From contig CAXSGP010000048.1 in the NCBI GenBank assembly GCA_964236955.1, forward strand, positions 1 through 35,217: a stretch of DNA of 35,217 bases. Reading direction: 5' to 3'. Below the pieces are notes generated by a model, which was not told where the DNA came from, ran no database searches, and saw only the letters and a list, made by a program, of their open reading frames with translations. Each line of letters begins with the position of its first letter. Positions within the stretch are counted from its first letter, which is position 1. A program made the translations under genes and the position numbers. The stretch comes from an uncultured Oligoflexus sp. (GTDB lineage Bacteria > Bdellovibrionota_B > Oligoflexia > Oligoflexales > Oligoflexaceae). Shown one piece after another: positions 18,210-27,446 of this stretch.

Positions 18210-18434
18210 ATGAAAATTTTAAATAAATCCCCTTGGGACTTTACTCTTTTCGAAGAAAACGATGCTATTTACCTCGAGGTTGTCTGTGGCTCCGTTGGTA
18301 TTTATGAACTAAAAATCCAACTTACCCAGGATGAAATTGCTTCGTCTAGAAATGATCAAAACTTTATTTCCCAGTTAGCAAAAAAAATTAGATTTGATCC
18401 AGATTCTTATCAAAACCGAATTATTAAAAACTGA
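18210..18434 (+). CDS. Small AT-rich hypothetical protein (74 aa)
   Basis: ATG 18210: MKILNKSPWDFTLFEENDAIYLEVVCGSVGIYELKIQLTQDE...; globular-looking composition. Confidence 0.65.
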   Translation: MKILNKSPWDFTLFEENDAIYLEVVCGSVGIYELKIQLTQDEIASSRNDQNFISQLAKKIRFDPDSYQNRIIKN

Positions 18435-18550
18435 ACTATTTGAAGCTTGCTTCCTCTGGAGAGCCTATTCAAACACTTCAGTAACGTGAATAATTTTACT
18501 AATGGAATAATTCCCTAAAGGTCTGCAAGCGCTTTGTAATGAACAGAAAT

Positions 18551-19027
18551 TCAGGCCTCCGCGTCTGGCTCATCGGCTTCGACGTCCTCGACCTCCTCCG
18601 TTCGATAGTTGCGTGAGCGCGTGCAGGGTATGGGATCGCCCATCTTAATCGTGCTGCTTAAAGGCATTTTAAAGACCTGCGACTCTTTCGCTTTAAGATA
18701 AGCGACGGCGTCTTCAGGAACCGTAAAGAAAGGATAATCGTTATAGGCATAGGACGATAAAAATTTACGGGGCGCTTCCATCATTCCACAAAAGAGAAAG
18801 GGAAAGCGCAGGCGCTTTTTCAATTGCAGCAGTTCGGTGAGGATCGTGACGCAGACCTCTTTCTCATCTTGAAAATCAAGGATGAGATAGGGGAGCTGAT
18901 GCGCGACAAGCCAGTTGTGAATGCCTACCGATAGTTCGGTGCATTGCCGACAGTCGTTGCCTATTGAGCATACGTCCACGGCATTAAGGACAACCGCACC
19001 ATCTACTAACTCGGGGACGAAGTCCAT
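18551..19027 (-). CDS. STAS-like (anti-anti-sigma-like) protein with Cys cluster and acidic tail
   Basis: YLILDFQDEKEVCVTILTELLQLKKRL...FLFCGM...PFFTVPEDAVAYL follows the STAS strand/helix order. Confidence 0.55.
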   Translation of the reverse strand: MDFVPELVDGAVVLNAVDVCSIGNDCRQCTELSVGIHNWLVAHQLPYLILDFQDEKEVCVTILTELLQLKKRLRFPFLFCGMMEAPRKFLSSYAYNDYPFFTVPEDAVAYLKAKESQVFKMPLSSTIKMGDPIPCTRSRNYRTEEVEDVEADEPDAEA

Positions 19028-19104
19028 AATAGGATCTCTCTTTAGCAAGGCATTAGGAATCCAGTTTTTCGCGAAAAAACTGGAGAAATATATTAAAATC
19101 GCTT

Positions 19105-19635
19105 TTAGACTTCAAGATCAATCTTAATTAGATGGGAAGGAATCGGCGGATAGCTCATATGGAAACGACTGTCCACAAGGCGCCCGACCTCGGCACGATA
19201 GAGCTGGGAAAGGTTGACGGTCAGTATGCCTTTTCGAATTTTTATAAGGTCTTCCGCAGCTTGAGTCTTCAGCTTGTAGACATTATTCGCTTCAAAAGGC
19301 GGCCGTTGGTAAACGACGCTGATGGTGCTATTATCCATCAGGCTCAGAAGCCTTTGGTCTTTTGACGTATCGAGCACAGCGCACTTGAGCAGGATGTGCC
19401 GGCTGATCTCAGTTTTGACTACAAACTGAAGCCGATGAATCACAGCATGTTTATTGACCGGATCGGGTAGGATTTGCACACTCGGTAGACTTGTCCAAAT
19501 TTGTCCTAAAGCATCCGGCAGTTGCGTGTGACAGTTCGCCTTGAGCCAGCGGTTGAACTCCGCATTGGCGCTCGTTAAACTACCGACAGCTGGGGCCCGG
19601 GGGCGTTGATCGTCGGTCAGCATGTACAACTCCAT
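19105..19635 (-). CDS. Hypothetical protein
   Basis: 176-aa ORF filling the gap, co-oriented with the downstream gene; no motif recognised. Confidence 0.6.
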   Translation of the reverse strand: MELYMLTDDQRPRAPAVGSLTSANAEFNRWLKANCHTQLPDALGQIWTSLPSVQILPDPVNKHAVIHRLQFVVKTEISRHILLKCAVLDTSKDQRLLSLMDNSTISVVYQRPPFEANNVYKLKTQAAEDLIKIRKGILTVNLSQLYRAEVGRLVDSRFHMSYPPIPSHLIKIDLEV

Positions 19636-19661
19636 CGCGTCTATTTTCTGGAAAGAACTCT

Positions 19662-20288
19662 ATGACGATCTTAAACTTCGCGCGCATTATTGGCATCTGC
19701 CTACTTTTGCCTATCGGCCTGAGCGCCTGTGCCTATCGTTTTACCAATACCGCCCTGCGTAACCCGCTCGGCATTCAAACAATCGCCGTCGAGGCTGTAT
19801 GGGACAATAGCCGGGAGGTCATACCGCACGAGTTCCTTTGGTCGGCTGTCCAACGTGAAATCATTCGCAACGGTCGTGTCTCCCTCACCAACCAGGACGA
19901 AGCCGATGCCCTGATGGTGGTGAGTATTACGGGTGCAAAGGTAAGGCCTGCGGGTACACCCAGTCAGGAAACGCTCAGCAAAGATCCACCCGAGTCCGAT
20001 CTCGACAAAAAAACTCCTGACGATTATCGCAATATCAGTCGAGCCGGAAGTTGGACCACGGATGAAGGCATCAGTCTGGCGATACACGTCAATGTCTACG
20101 ATCTCAAATCCAGGGCTTTACTCTTCAATCGTGATTATTCCAGAGGAATCAATTTTAAGAGTTTGCGACCCGTGACCGTCACCCCAACCGAAAGCGCCTT
20201 TCTTCACTATGAAGAAGCGTTGGATGCACGATTTAAAGCTGTTTCTGAAGGTCTGGCGCATTCGATCGTCAATGATTTTCTTATGTAG
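19662..20288 (+). CDS. lptE: LptE-like LPS-assembly lipoprotein
   Basis: Lipobox GLSAC followed by AYRF; IQTIAVEAVWDNSRE, EADALMVVSI; C-terminal helix; typical size. Confidence 0.65.
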   Translation: MTILNFARIIGICLLLPIGLSACAYRFTNTALRNPLGIQTIAVEAVWDNSREVIPHEFLWSAVQREIIRNGRVSLTNQDEADALMVVSITGAKVRPAGTPSQETLSKDPPESDLDKKTPDDYRNISRAGSWTTDEGISLAIHVNVYDLKSRALLFNRDYSRGINFKSLRPVTVTPTESAFLHYEEALDARFKAVSEGLAHSIVNDFLM

Positions 20289-20348
20289 TTTTTTCAAGCA
20301 AAGCTTCGCGTAGCCTAGTCCGCGCCAAAGAGGTAGAGGTCAAAACTC

Positions 20349-20377
20349 TTGTTCCTGACGAAGGCCCTGTCTATAGT
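20349..20377 (+). promoter_or_regulatory. Putative sigma70 promoter of sodB
   Basis: TTGTTC-N17-TATAGT, 31 nt before the ATG; AAGGAG RBS at 20396. Confidence 0.55.
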
Positions 20378-20408
20378 AAATCAGTCTTGCCTTAGAAGGA
20401 GAAAATTT

Positions 20409-20987
20409 ATGGCCTTTAAACTCCCTGAACTTCCTTATGCAAAAGATGCACTAGCTCCGCATATTTCTGCGGAAACTCTGGAATACCATTACGGTAAGCA
20501 TCATCAAACCTACGTCGATAACCTCAACAAGCTGGTCGCTGGCACCCCGAACGAAAGCAAGAGCCTCGAAGAGCTGGTGAAGACTACTGAAGGCGGCGTG
20601 TTTAATAACGCGGCTCAGGTATGGAACCACACGTTCTACTGGTATTGCCTAAAACCAAAAGGCGGCGGCGCTCCCACTGGAAAAATCGGCGAAGCCATCA
20701 AAAAGAACTTTGGATCCTTTGAGACTTTCAAAGAGCAGTTCAGTGAAGCAGCGAAGACTCAGTTCGGCTCCGGCTGGGCATGGCTTGTGAAAAAAGCCGA
20801 CGGCTCCCTCGCCATCGAAAAAACCAGCAACGCCGGCAATCCGATGACGGCTGGCCTCAAGCCCGTTATGACCTGCGATGTTTGGGAACATGCCTACTAC
20901 ATCGACTATCGCAACGCCCGCCCTAAATACGTTGAAAGTTTTTGGAACCTGGTCAACTGGGATTTCGTGGAACAACAACTTGGCTAA
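20409..20987 (+). CDS. sodB: Fe superoxide dismutase
   Basis: MAFKLPELPY, HYGKHH, FNNAAQVWNH, QFGSGWAW, DVWEHAYY; Fe-type signature residues. Confidence 0.95.
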   Translation: MAFKLPELPYAKDALAPHISAETLEYHYGKHHQTYVDNLNKLVAGTPNESKSLEELVKTTEGGVFNNAAQVWNHTFYWYCLKPKGGGAPTGKIGEAIKKNFGSFETFKEQFSEAAKTQFGSGWAWLVKKADGSLAIEKTSNAGNPMTAGLKPVMTCDVWEHAYYIDYRNARPKYVESFWNLVNWDFVEQQLG

Positions 20988-21086
20988 GTCAGTCAAGATC
21001 CCGCGCTTTTGAAAGCGCAAAGACCTTCTCGATGTGACCCCGGCTCTAGCTCTGGGGATCACATTCTCCACTCACTGCCGCAAAAT

Positions 21087-21323
21087 TTATTCCCTGGCCT
21101 TCAAAAACGTCAGCCGCTCCCAAAATTCTATGGCCTTTTGAATCGTCGGGTCGGGTTTGCCAAGGCTTTTTTTAGCCATCTCCTCTTCCTGTAGCTTGAG
21201 CTTGTAAACTTTGATATAGGCAAGTCCCACGAGGAGCGCCGTCGCCACCGCAAGGTAATGAAACCCGAAAAACAAGGGAATAAGGGGCAAAAGGTGAAAG
21301 ATGAGGGCAGCAAGATACTTCAT
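21087..21323 (-). CDS. Small membrane protein (2 TM)
   Basis: Hydrophobic N-terminal 38 aa, charged tail; ATGA overlap with the upstream gene. Confidence 0.65.
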   Translation of the reverse strand: MKYLAALIFHLLPLIPLFFGFHYLAVATALLVGLAYIKVYKLKLQEEEMAKKSLGKPDPTIQKAIEFWERLTFLKARE

Positions 21324-22633
21324 GGTTTAGGCCTTGGTATGAGGGTGCTGATGTTCTCGCGCTTGATCTTAAAGCTGCATTGTTCGTCAGCATTTTTATC
21401 GGGAAAATAGATCCAAAAATCCCAGGTATGGGTGCCCTCAGGAAGGCGCGCCGTTTCAAAATAGACAGCGATGCGACCTAGCCCCGGAAAATGGCCAAGC
21501 TTATGATCGATCTTTTTTTCAACAGCAGGTACATCGCGAACGAGCAGCGGAAAAAACCCGAGATCAGCGGCTTTGCGAGCGATCTTGAAATTCATGACAA
21601 ACGGTCGATCCCTGGCCTTCCCTACGATCGTATAATGACAGTAGTGGTCATTGCAGTGCTTTGGCGATGGTTTGCTGAGGGGGCCTTTCCCGTTCGGATT
21701 TAAAAGCTCAAGGTCGAGATCATCAAGCTGACTCTTATCCCATTGCCACTCTACGCCGGGTTCGGGCGCCCAGGAATAATAGATTCCGCTACCCCGTCTT
21801 AGATATTTCGCGGCATTGACAGGCAGCGTCATACTCATGGGCATGAAGAGCGAATCTTCAAAAAAATTAACCTCGGGCAAAAGCTCCATATTGATCTTAA
21901 AGGCCAGGATATTGAGGTAAAACTCCATTCCGCCCATAAGACCCATGGGGCCTTGGCGTTTATGAACGATCTCGGCCTCGATATCTGAGGAATCGAAATA
22001 GAGAGTGAAGAATTTTTTTACATCACCCACGATCAAAAGGTCGGAATCCTTGGCAACGGGTATCATCCCTTTGCCATCATGGCCTTTGACCTGAATACTT
22101 TCAAAAACCAAATGATTGCTTGGAGTGTAGGTATAACTATAGTCATTCGATACGACGCTTCGCTGCGCTTCCAAATGGGTGACGGGCCGCAGCGCAAGGG
22201 TGGAAGCATCGGCCGCGCAGGTCATGAGATAAGCGAACTTCCCCTGATAGGTGAGTTCGATCAGCTCCTCACTTGCGCAAGGCAGCTTTAGCGCTTTGGT
22301 CTCAGGGTTGAGCCGTTCGCCAAAGCGGGCGATATCAAAACTGAGTCTATCATAGAGGGTGAGACCATCACGCATCCAGTTCGGATCGCGCGGAAACTGA
22401 AGGCTGCCCTCCCTATCGAGAGGATCGACCTGTAAGGGCACCGGACGCCAGGTCTGATTTTCGCGGATAAAAAGGGCAAGGTGGTCCCGCGTAACCAGTG
22501 AGCCCTCACGAAAGGGGAGGTGTTGACCCAGGAGAAAACCGGGACAGGCATTCGCTCTGGGCATGCCGCTATGGAAAAGCATCATCACGAGGCCGCTGCG
22601 AAGGCCGCGTCTTATTTTAGTCCGTATTGACAT
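21320..22633 (-). CDS. Secreted hypothetical protein
   Basis: 437 aa; basic N-region and ANA-type cleavage site; beta-rich; WRPVPLQVD motif; several Cys. Confidence 0.75.
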   Translation of the reverse strand: MSIRTKIRRGLRSGLVMMLFHSGMPRANACPGFLLGQHLPFREGSLVTRDHLALFIRENQTWRPVPLQVDPLDREGSLQFPRDPNWMRDGLTLYDRLSFDIARFGERLNPETKALKLPCASEELIELTYQGKFAYLMTCAADASTLALRPVTHLEAQRSVVSNDYSYTYTPSNHLVFESIQVKGHDGKGMIPVAKDSDLLIVGDVKKFFTLYFDSSDIEAEIVHKRQGPMGLMGGMEFYLNILAFKINMELLPEVNFFEDSLFMPMSMTLPVNAAKYLRRGSGIYYSWAPEPGVEWQWDKSQLDDLDLELLNPNGKGPLSKPSPKHCNDHYCHYTIVGKARDRPFVMNFKIARKAADLGFFPLLVRDVPAVEKKIDHKLGHFPGLGRIAVYFETARLPEGTHTWDFWIYFPDKNADEQCSFKIKRENISTLIPRPKP

Positions 22634-22938
22634 AAGAGTTCCATGATCAACTCAGATTGGCGAGGTTCCAGCTCTAGAAAACGCACCTGATCAACGAAGG
22701 TCTTCTCTTCGGCTTGAACCCATCGCACTTCCCCACGAATCTTTTGTAGACCTTGCTCGATAAGCTGTCTATGCAAAGTTCCAGCCGAGGAATCGAGGCC
22801 GATCTCAAGCAGAGTCCGGCTGCCTATCGTCACAGGCAGCTGAACATTCAATTCGAGCAGCGAATGATTGACAAGCTCGCCGCAGCCGTAGCGGGAAGGA
22901 ATGGCAATCAAGAGTCCGACTCCGAGCAAAGCTATCAA
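22612..22938 (-). CDS. Degenerate PilZ-like domain protein; 5' end uncertain
   Basis: GELVNHSLLELNV (NxSxxG-like) and IRGEVRWV...QVRFLEL; overlaps the next gene. Confidence 0.45.
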   Translation of the reverse strand: MIALLGVGLLIAIPSRYGCGELVNHSLLELNVQLPVTIGSRTLLEIGLDSSAGTLHRQLIEQGLQKIRGEVRWVQAEEKTFVDQVRFLELEPRQSELIMELLCQYGLK

Positions 22939-23258
22939 AATCGTGGTTCGGGGGTTGACGGATTGGTTCGGTCCTCACGCGGCTCCCTCTTTTCTTACAG
23001 GGGCCTTCTCAAAATTTTGGCCTCCTTTCATCGGAGGAGCGATAGCTTTCTGAAGGCAACGTTTTTTTGGAGCGGCAAAAGGGCATCTTTAGGCATTGCC
23101 ATTGGTATGTAACAATTTGATATGGAAGATATTTATGACGAAAACTTGGCTTTTTTCCAAGGCGAAAGCTTTGCTTCTTCCACAATCAAAATTCGAATAG
23201 ACTGGTAGGCACTCGAGGCAAATGCCGTTTTCTTCCGAGCAGAAAGCAGAATCATCCG

Positions 23259-24890
23259 ATGAGACGAAAATTGACTCAAAGTTTAGCCTGCCTGGCGATC
23301 CTAAGTTCATTTCTAATAGGACCCTTGGTCCGCGCTGCCGAACGCCCTTATACGCTGGGCACGCTGCAGACGCCTGCCGATATTTTTCCGCTTAAGCAGT
23401 ACAGTGGCCAAACCAATATTCTGCGCGGCCTGCTCTTTCCACCTATTTTGAAAGTTCAAACGGATGGCCGCGTACGTTGTATCCTTTGCAAGGACATTCC
23501 CATGGTTGAATCCCGCAAAGGCAGCGAAAGCGGAACCTATGTGATCTCTCTCGAACTCAAAAAGGATCTGCGCTGGGGTGATGGTTCGCCGATCACGGCT
23601 GAAGATGTAAAATTCAGCCTGGAAACCATGGCCAAATCCGCCTACCCGCAGGGCGAGCATCCGATTCTTCCCATCAAGCGCATCGAAATCGATAGGGAAC
23701 AAATCCGTAAGCTCACGCTGGTCCTAACCCATCGCCGCTCCGATGCCTTTCAACTCTTTGCCATCTCCCTGCTTCCCGTCCGCCGTGCCAAGGACCTAGA
23801 GGCGGCGCAGGCACAAGCTGGCAAAGCTTTGGAGCTTTTAAAACAAGCTGATTTCGCCTATGGTCCCTATCGCATCGCCAGCGCCAACGCTCAAAGCTGG
23901 GAATTGGTAAGCAACGAAAAAACCGAATGGGATCTTAAGCCTGATCAGGCTATCAACCTCCACTTCTTTCCTAATCTTGAAGCTCTGCGTGAGGCGATGA
24001 AGACGGGCAGCATCGATCAGAGCGACGAATTAAATTGGTCGACCTTTGAATCCTTGAAAGGCCAATGGCCGGATCTTAGCAGCAAATATTCAGTATCGGG
24101 AACTCCTGGCAGCGAACTCAAAGTGCTGCTGGTGAACCTTCATAGTCCACTCCTCGTCAATCCACAGCTGCGCCAGGCCCTCTATTTTACCTTCAATCGG
24201 CAAGAACTCAACAAGGTCGGCTACCAAGGCCTCGCCGAGATAGGGACCGGTGTTCTCTCCGAACCCTTTGCCAATCGCCTCGAATTGAAGAGGCCAGCGA
24301 ACTATAATCCTAAACTGGCCAAACAGATCCTGGATCAAAGCGGATGGGCCAAGGCCGCCGATGGCATCAGGGCCTCGGAGGGGCAAAATTTTGTGGTTAA
24401 ACTCAGCTGCCCGATTGGCAAGCTGAATGAGTCGTGGCTGGCATCGATCAAAACTGAATTAAACGCGCTTGGCGTACGCCTTGAGATCGACCATCCCGAC
24501 GCTTCCGACTTTATGAAGAAGATCGTTAGCGAACGGCGGTTCAAAGATTTGGCCTGTGCGACCTGGACCCTTCCGCCCCTGTCCATACCGAACAACCTCT
24601 TTCATTCCCTGGCCATCCCGAACCGTGAAAATAATTATTTTGGCGCCAATTACTCAGCCTGGGATCAACACGTCGTCGACAAGCTCCTCGACAATATGCT
24701 GCGTGAGACCGACCTTCACCATTTCACGAAACAATTCGGTCGATTGGAACAGCAATTCCTAAGCGATTTACCGGCGATTCCCCTGCTCTTCGAGCCAAGG
24801 ATCACCCTCACCCTCAAAACGCCCCTGAGTGAGCCTTCCGAAGAGCTGAGCCGGGTCTTGCAAAACCCCATCGTGACGAAAAAACTTTAA
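23259..24890 (+). CDS. Family 5 peptide ABC substrate-binding protein, orphan
   Basis: Signal peptide ending VRA; LRWGDGSPITAEDVKFS, YGPYRI, LRQALYFTFNR, YNPKLAKQILDQSGW, LPAIPL. Confidence 0.88.
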   Translation: MRRKLTQSLACLAILSSFLIGPLVRAAERPYTLGTLQTPADIFPLKQYSGQTNILRGLLFPPILKVQTDGRVRCILCKDIPMVESRKGSESGTYVISLELKKDLRWGDGSPITAEDVKFSLETMAKSAYPQGEHPILPIKRIEIDREQIRKLTLVLTHRRSDAFQLFAISLLPVRRAKDLEAAQAQAGKALELLKQADFAYGPYRIASANAQSWELVSNEKTEWDLKPDQAINLHFFPNLEALREAMKTGSIDQSDELNWSTFESLKGQWPDLSSKYSVSGTPGSELKVLLVNLHSPLLVNPQLRQALYFTFNRQELNKVGYQGLAEIGTGVLSEPFANRLELKRPANYNPKLAKQILDQSGWAKAADGIRASEGQNFVVKLSCPIGKLNESWLASIKTELNALGVRLEIDHPDASDFMKKIVSERRFKDLACATWTLPPLSIPNNLFHSLAIPNRENNYFGANYSAWDQHVVDKLLDNMLRETDLHHFTKQFGRLEQQFLSDLPAIPLLFEPRITLTLKTPLSEPSEELSRVLQNPIVTKKL

Positions 24891-26033
24891 TCAGAATGCA
24901 GCGCCAATCATAAGGTTGACGCTGCTCGCCTTTGACGTGTAGCCGCCCAGCTCACCAAATCCAGACTTCGCCTTTAACGTGCTCTGTTTGGCTGAATTCA
25001 TGTGCAATCCTATCTCGGCGATGAAGTCTTTACTTTTGAGTGCGCTGGCTATCCGATACTCAGAATAACGCACCATCGTCTCGGCTTCCTTATCATCACC
25101 CGGCAGATGATCGCCACCAAAGAGAAACACGGCATTTTGCCTCAAATACCCAGCTTTTGCAAAGATCATGGGTGTTACAGCATATTCCCCGGCCAGACCA
25201 TAAGCCATGGTCTTCCTTAAAAACTGATTCAAATCCACACCCCGCAACTGAATGTTTCGCTGATCAACCGGACTGGTGGAAGGGTCGTCGCGCTCGTCAT
25301 GCTTATAGGACCAGCGGGTGACGTTAAAGCTAAGGTTCAAAAGGGGATTCACTCTAAAATCGCCTTGAGCACCGTACAGGCCTGCTTCCGAAATAATTTT
25401 TTGTTCACCCTCGACAGTGGCTTTTCCCCGCATGGGAGGATGCGTAAAGACGCCGATGCCAATATTCTGGAGCTGATAGTAGAGACCTAAGCCATAACCC
25501 GACATCGTTCCATTATAGTGCGTTCGATCGTTGCTGTTGATCTGAAAATCCCCGGCGAGATCTGATTTCAGGGCCGTATAATGAAAGGTGAAGGCGCCCC
25601 GAAGTTCATTGGTAAAATCGACTCCAAAGGTGATTCGATAATCACGATTTACGAAAAGTTCGTGGTTTTCTTTATTTTGATTCGCATTCTTAGCCGTCAC
25701 CGCCCGCCGATATTCGGAGTATTGGAGACCAAAGCTCGCCCCTCCGAGTGGGTATTGGCCGCCGAGAGCTAAATCCTTCTTGGCCATTTTTTCCTCTACG
25801 GCGGCCGCATTATTATTGCCAGGGTTCACCACGAAATTAATTTTATCATCACGCTTGGTCTGCTGCACTTCCACCACTGTGAGGTTCGTACTGTTGGCAG
25901 CCGGGTTAAGGGGAAAGGCCGTGGGTACAAATAGATTCGAGCCCGAAGCATTTCTTTCCTCAAAAATATCGCCAAACGCGGAACCGCTCAGAAGCACGGG
26001 CAAGAGCCAGCTCAAGTGACGAGTGCGAAGCAT
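24891..26033 (-). CDS. Putative outer-membrane beta-barrel protein
   Basis: Signal peptide ending AFG; NPAAN plug-like start; alternating aromatic/Gly strands; C-terminus LMIGAAF. Confidence 0.7.
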   Translation of the reverse strand: MLRTRHLSWLLPVLLSGSAFGDIFEERNASGSNLFVPTAFPLNPAANSTNLTVVEVQQTKRDDKINFVVNPGNNNAAAVEEKMAKKDLALGGQYPLGGASFGLQYSEYRRAVTAKNANQNKENHELFVNRDYRITFGVDFTNELRGAFTFHYTALKSDLAGDFQINSNDRTHYNGTMSGYGLGLYYQLQNIGIGVFTHPPMRGKATVEGEQKIISEAGLYGAQGDFRVNPLLNLSFNVTRWSYKHDERDDPSTSPVDQRNIQLRGVDLNQFLRKTMAYGLAGEYAVTPMIFAKAGYLRQNAVFLFGGDHLPGDDKEAETMVRYSEYRIASALKSKDFIAEIGLHMNSAKQSTLKAKSGFGELGGYTSKASSVNLMIGAAF

Positions 26034-26060
26034 GGTGGAATCCCTTCCTGTCGATCGTTT

Positions 26061-27446
26061 CTAGGCCTTGAGCTTGGTTAAGGCTGGAATCGCTTCCAGA
26101 TAGGTCCGGTACTTCATGTACCCTGAACCGAGTGCTAAGTTTAAGACGCTACCGCCGAGATGGGTCGGATTGAGATTGACTCCTGCTGCGTCCACCGCAC
26201 CTGTCGTCGCATTGATATTGAGACCGCGGAGATCGTTATCGGTCACACCAACGAAACGTCCCCCATCGATGCCGCCACCGATCAACAGAGCGCCACCGAC
26301 CGGCCAGTGATCGCGTCCCATGCTGTTATTGATCTTAGGCGTTCGGCCAAAGTCAGAATACACCACTATTAAAGTAGTATCGAGCTGATTAGCGGCCTTG
26401 AGCTCCGAGACGAAGGTCGCCAGCAGATAATCGAAGTTATCCATGACCGGCTGCATTTGCCTCTCTTGATTTGCATGGGTATCGAAGCCGCCTATGCCCA
26501 TGTTGAGGCAGGTTACGAGATTGTTTTTAAGGAGCTTGAGAGAGAGGGCAAAGGCATCCCGCTGGCCGCCATTGAGGTTTTTCGGAGCGTCGACGGCGAA
26601 GGCGGCCCGGTCGGAATCGGTCAAAGCCAGTTTGCTGCCGACCTGGTCGGTGAACTGAACCCGAATTTTTTCCTGCGCGGTTCCAACGGCCGAGAGCCGA
26701 TCCGAAACGCCAGTCCGAGCCTCTACCCTGGCAATCGACGACTGCAGATGGTCGAGTATCATCAATTTTTGAGCCAGTTGATCCGAAGTTTCGGGATACA
26801 TGGCGCGATAAAGTTCGAGATTTTGGGCGCGAACGACTGACACGGGACTGAGCAGCCCACGATCGGTCCGGGGATCGCTGCCGCCGTTGAGCTGGATGAT
26901 AGGAATCGTTGAACTGCTTTCCGAGGCTATAATTGCAGGTATGGACGCGGCATTGATGAGCCCGGTGTTACTGAGGACACCCGTATCCATATAAAGGCTG
27001 CCTGCCATGTGTGAGGTCGTTCCCATGTTCATGCCCCGGACCACGACCATATCGCTGCCATGCGCGGCCAGGCGGCCCAACCAACGCCCGACTTTATCGG
27101 TGGTATTGCCAGCGGTCAAAGTATGAGCCAGGCCCCAGTCATACATCATATCGATGCCCGAGGTGGAGGCTGGCTTCGGATCGGTGGACTCTAGAATATC
27201 CCAACCACCACTCATGTTGATCCAAATCAAACGCCGGGCCGGTGGAAATTGGGGAGCTGCCGCCATTGCCGTTGTGGCTTTAAACATCTGTGAAGCCAGC
27301 GCAAATCCTGCCAAATAAGTTCCGCCCTGAATCATTTCCCGGCGCGTTAATTCCGCGAGCTGCTTGGGATGACAGACATGGCCATGCCCCGTTCCAGTGA
27401 TGATGCTGCTGTTAAGTTCGGTCTGAGACATTTTTTTTGTTTTCAC
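26061..27446 (-). CDS. DUF1501-family protein with twin-arginine signal
   Basis: TRREMIQGG..AMAAA signal; INMSGGWD, GFDTH, SDFGRTP, GRDHWP, GGGIDGG motifs; GTG 27446 overlaps the upstream TGA (alternative ATG 27431). Confidence 0.85.
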   Translation of the reverse strand: MKTKKMSQTELNSSIITGTGHGHVCHPKQLAELTRREMIQGGTYLAGFALASQMFKATTAMAAAPQFPPARRLIWINMSGGWDILESTDPKPASTSGIDMMYDWGLAHTLTAGNTTDKVGRWLGRLAAHGSDMVVVRGMNMGTTSHMAGSLYMDTGVLSNTGLINAASIPAIIASESSSTIPIIQLNGGSDPRTDRGLLSPVSVVRAQNLELYRAMYPETSDQLAQKLMILDHLQSSIARVEARTGVSDRLSAVGTAQEKIRVQFTDQVGSKLALTDSDRAAFAVDAPKNLNGGQRDAFALSLKLLKNNLVTCLNMGIGGFDTHANQERQMQPVMDNFDYLLATFVSELKAANQLDTTLIVVYSDFGRTPKINNSMGRDHWPVGGALLIGGGIDGGRFVGVTDNDLRGLNINATTGAVDAAGVNLNPTHLGGSVLNLALGSGYMKYRTYLEAIPALTKLKA

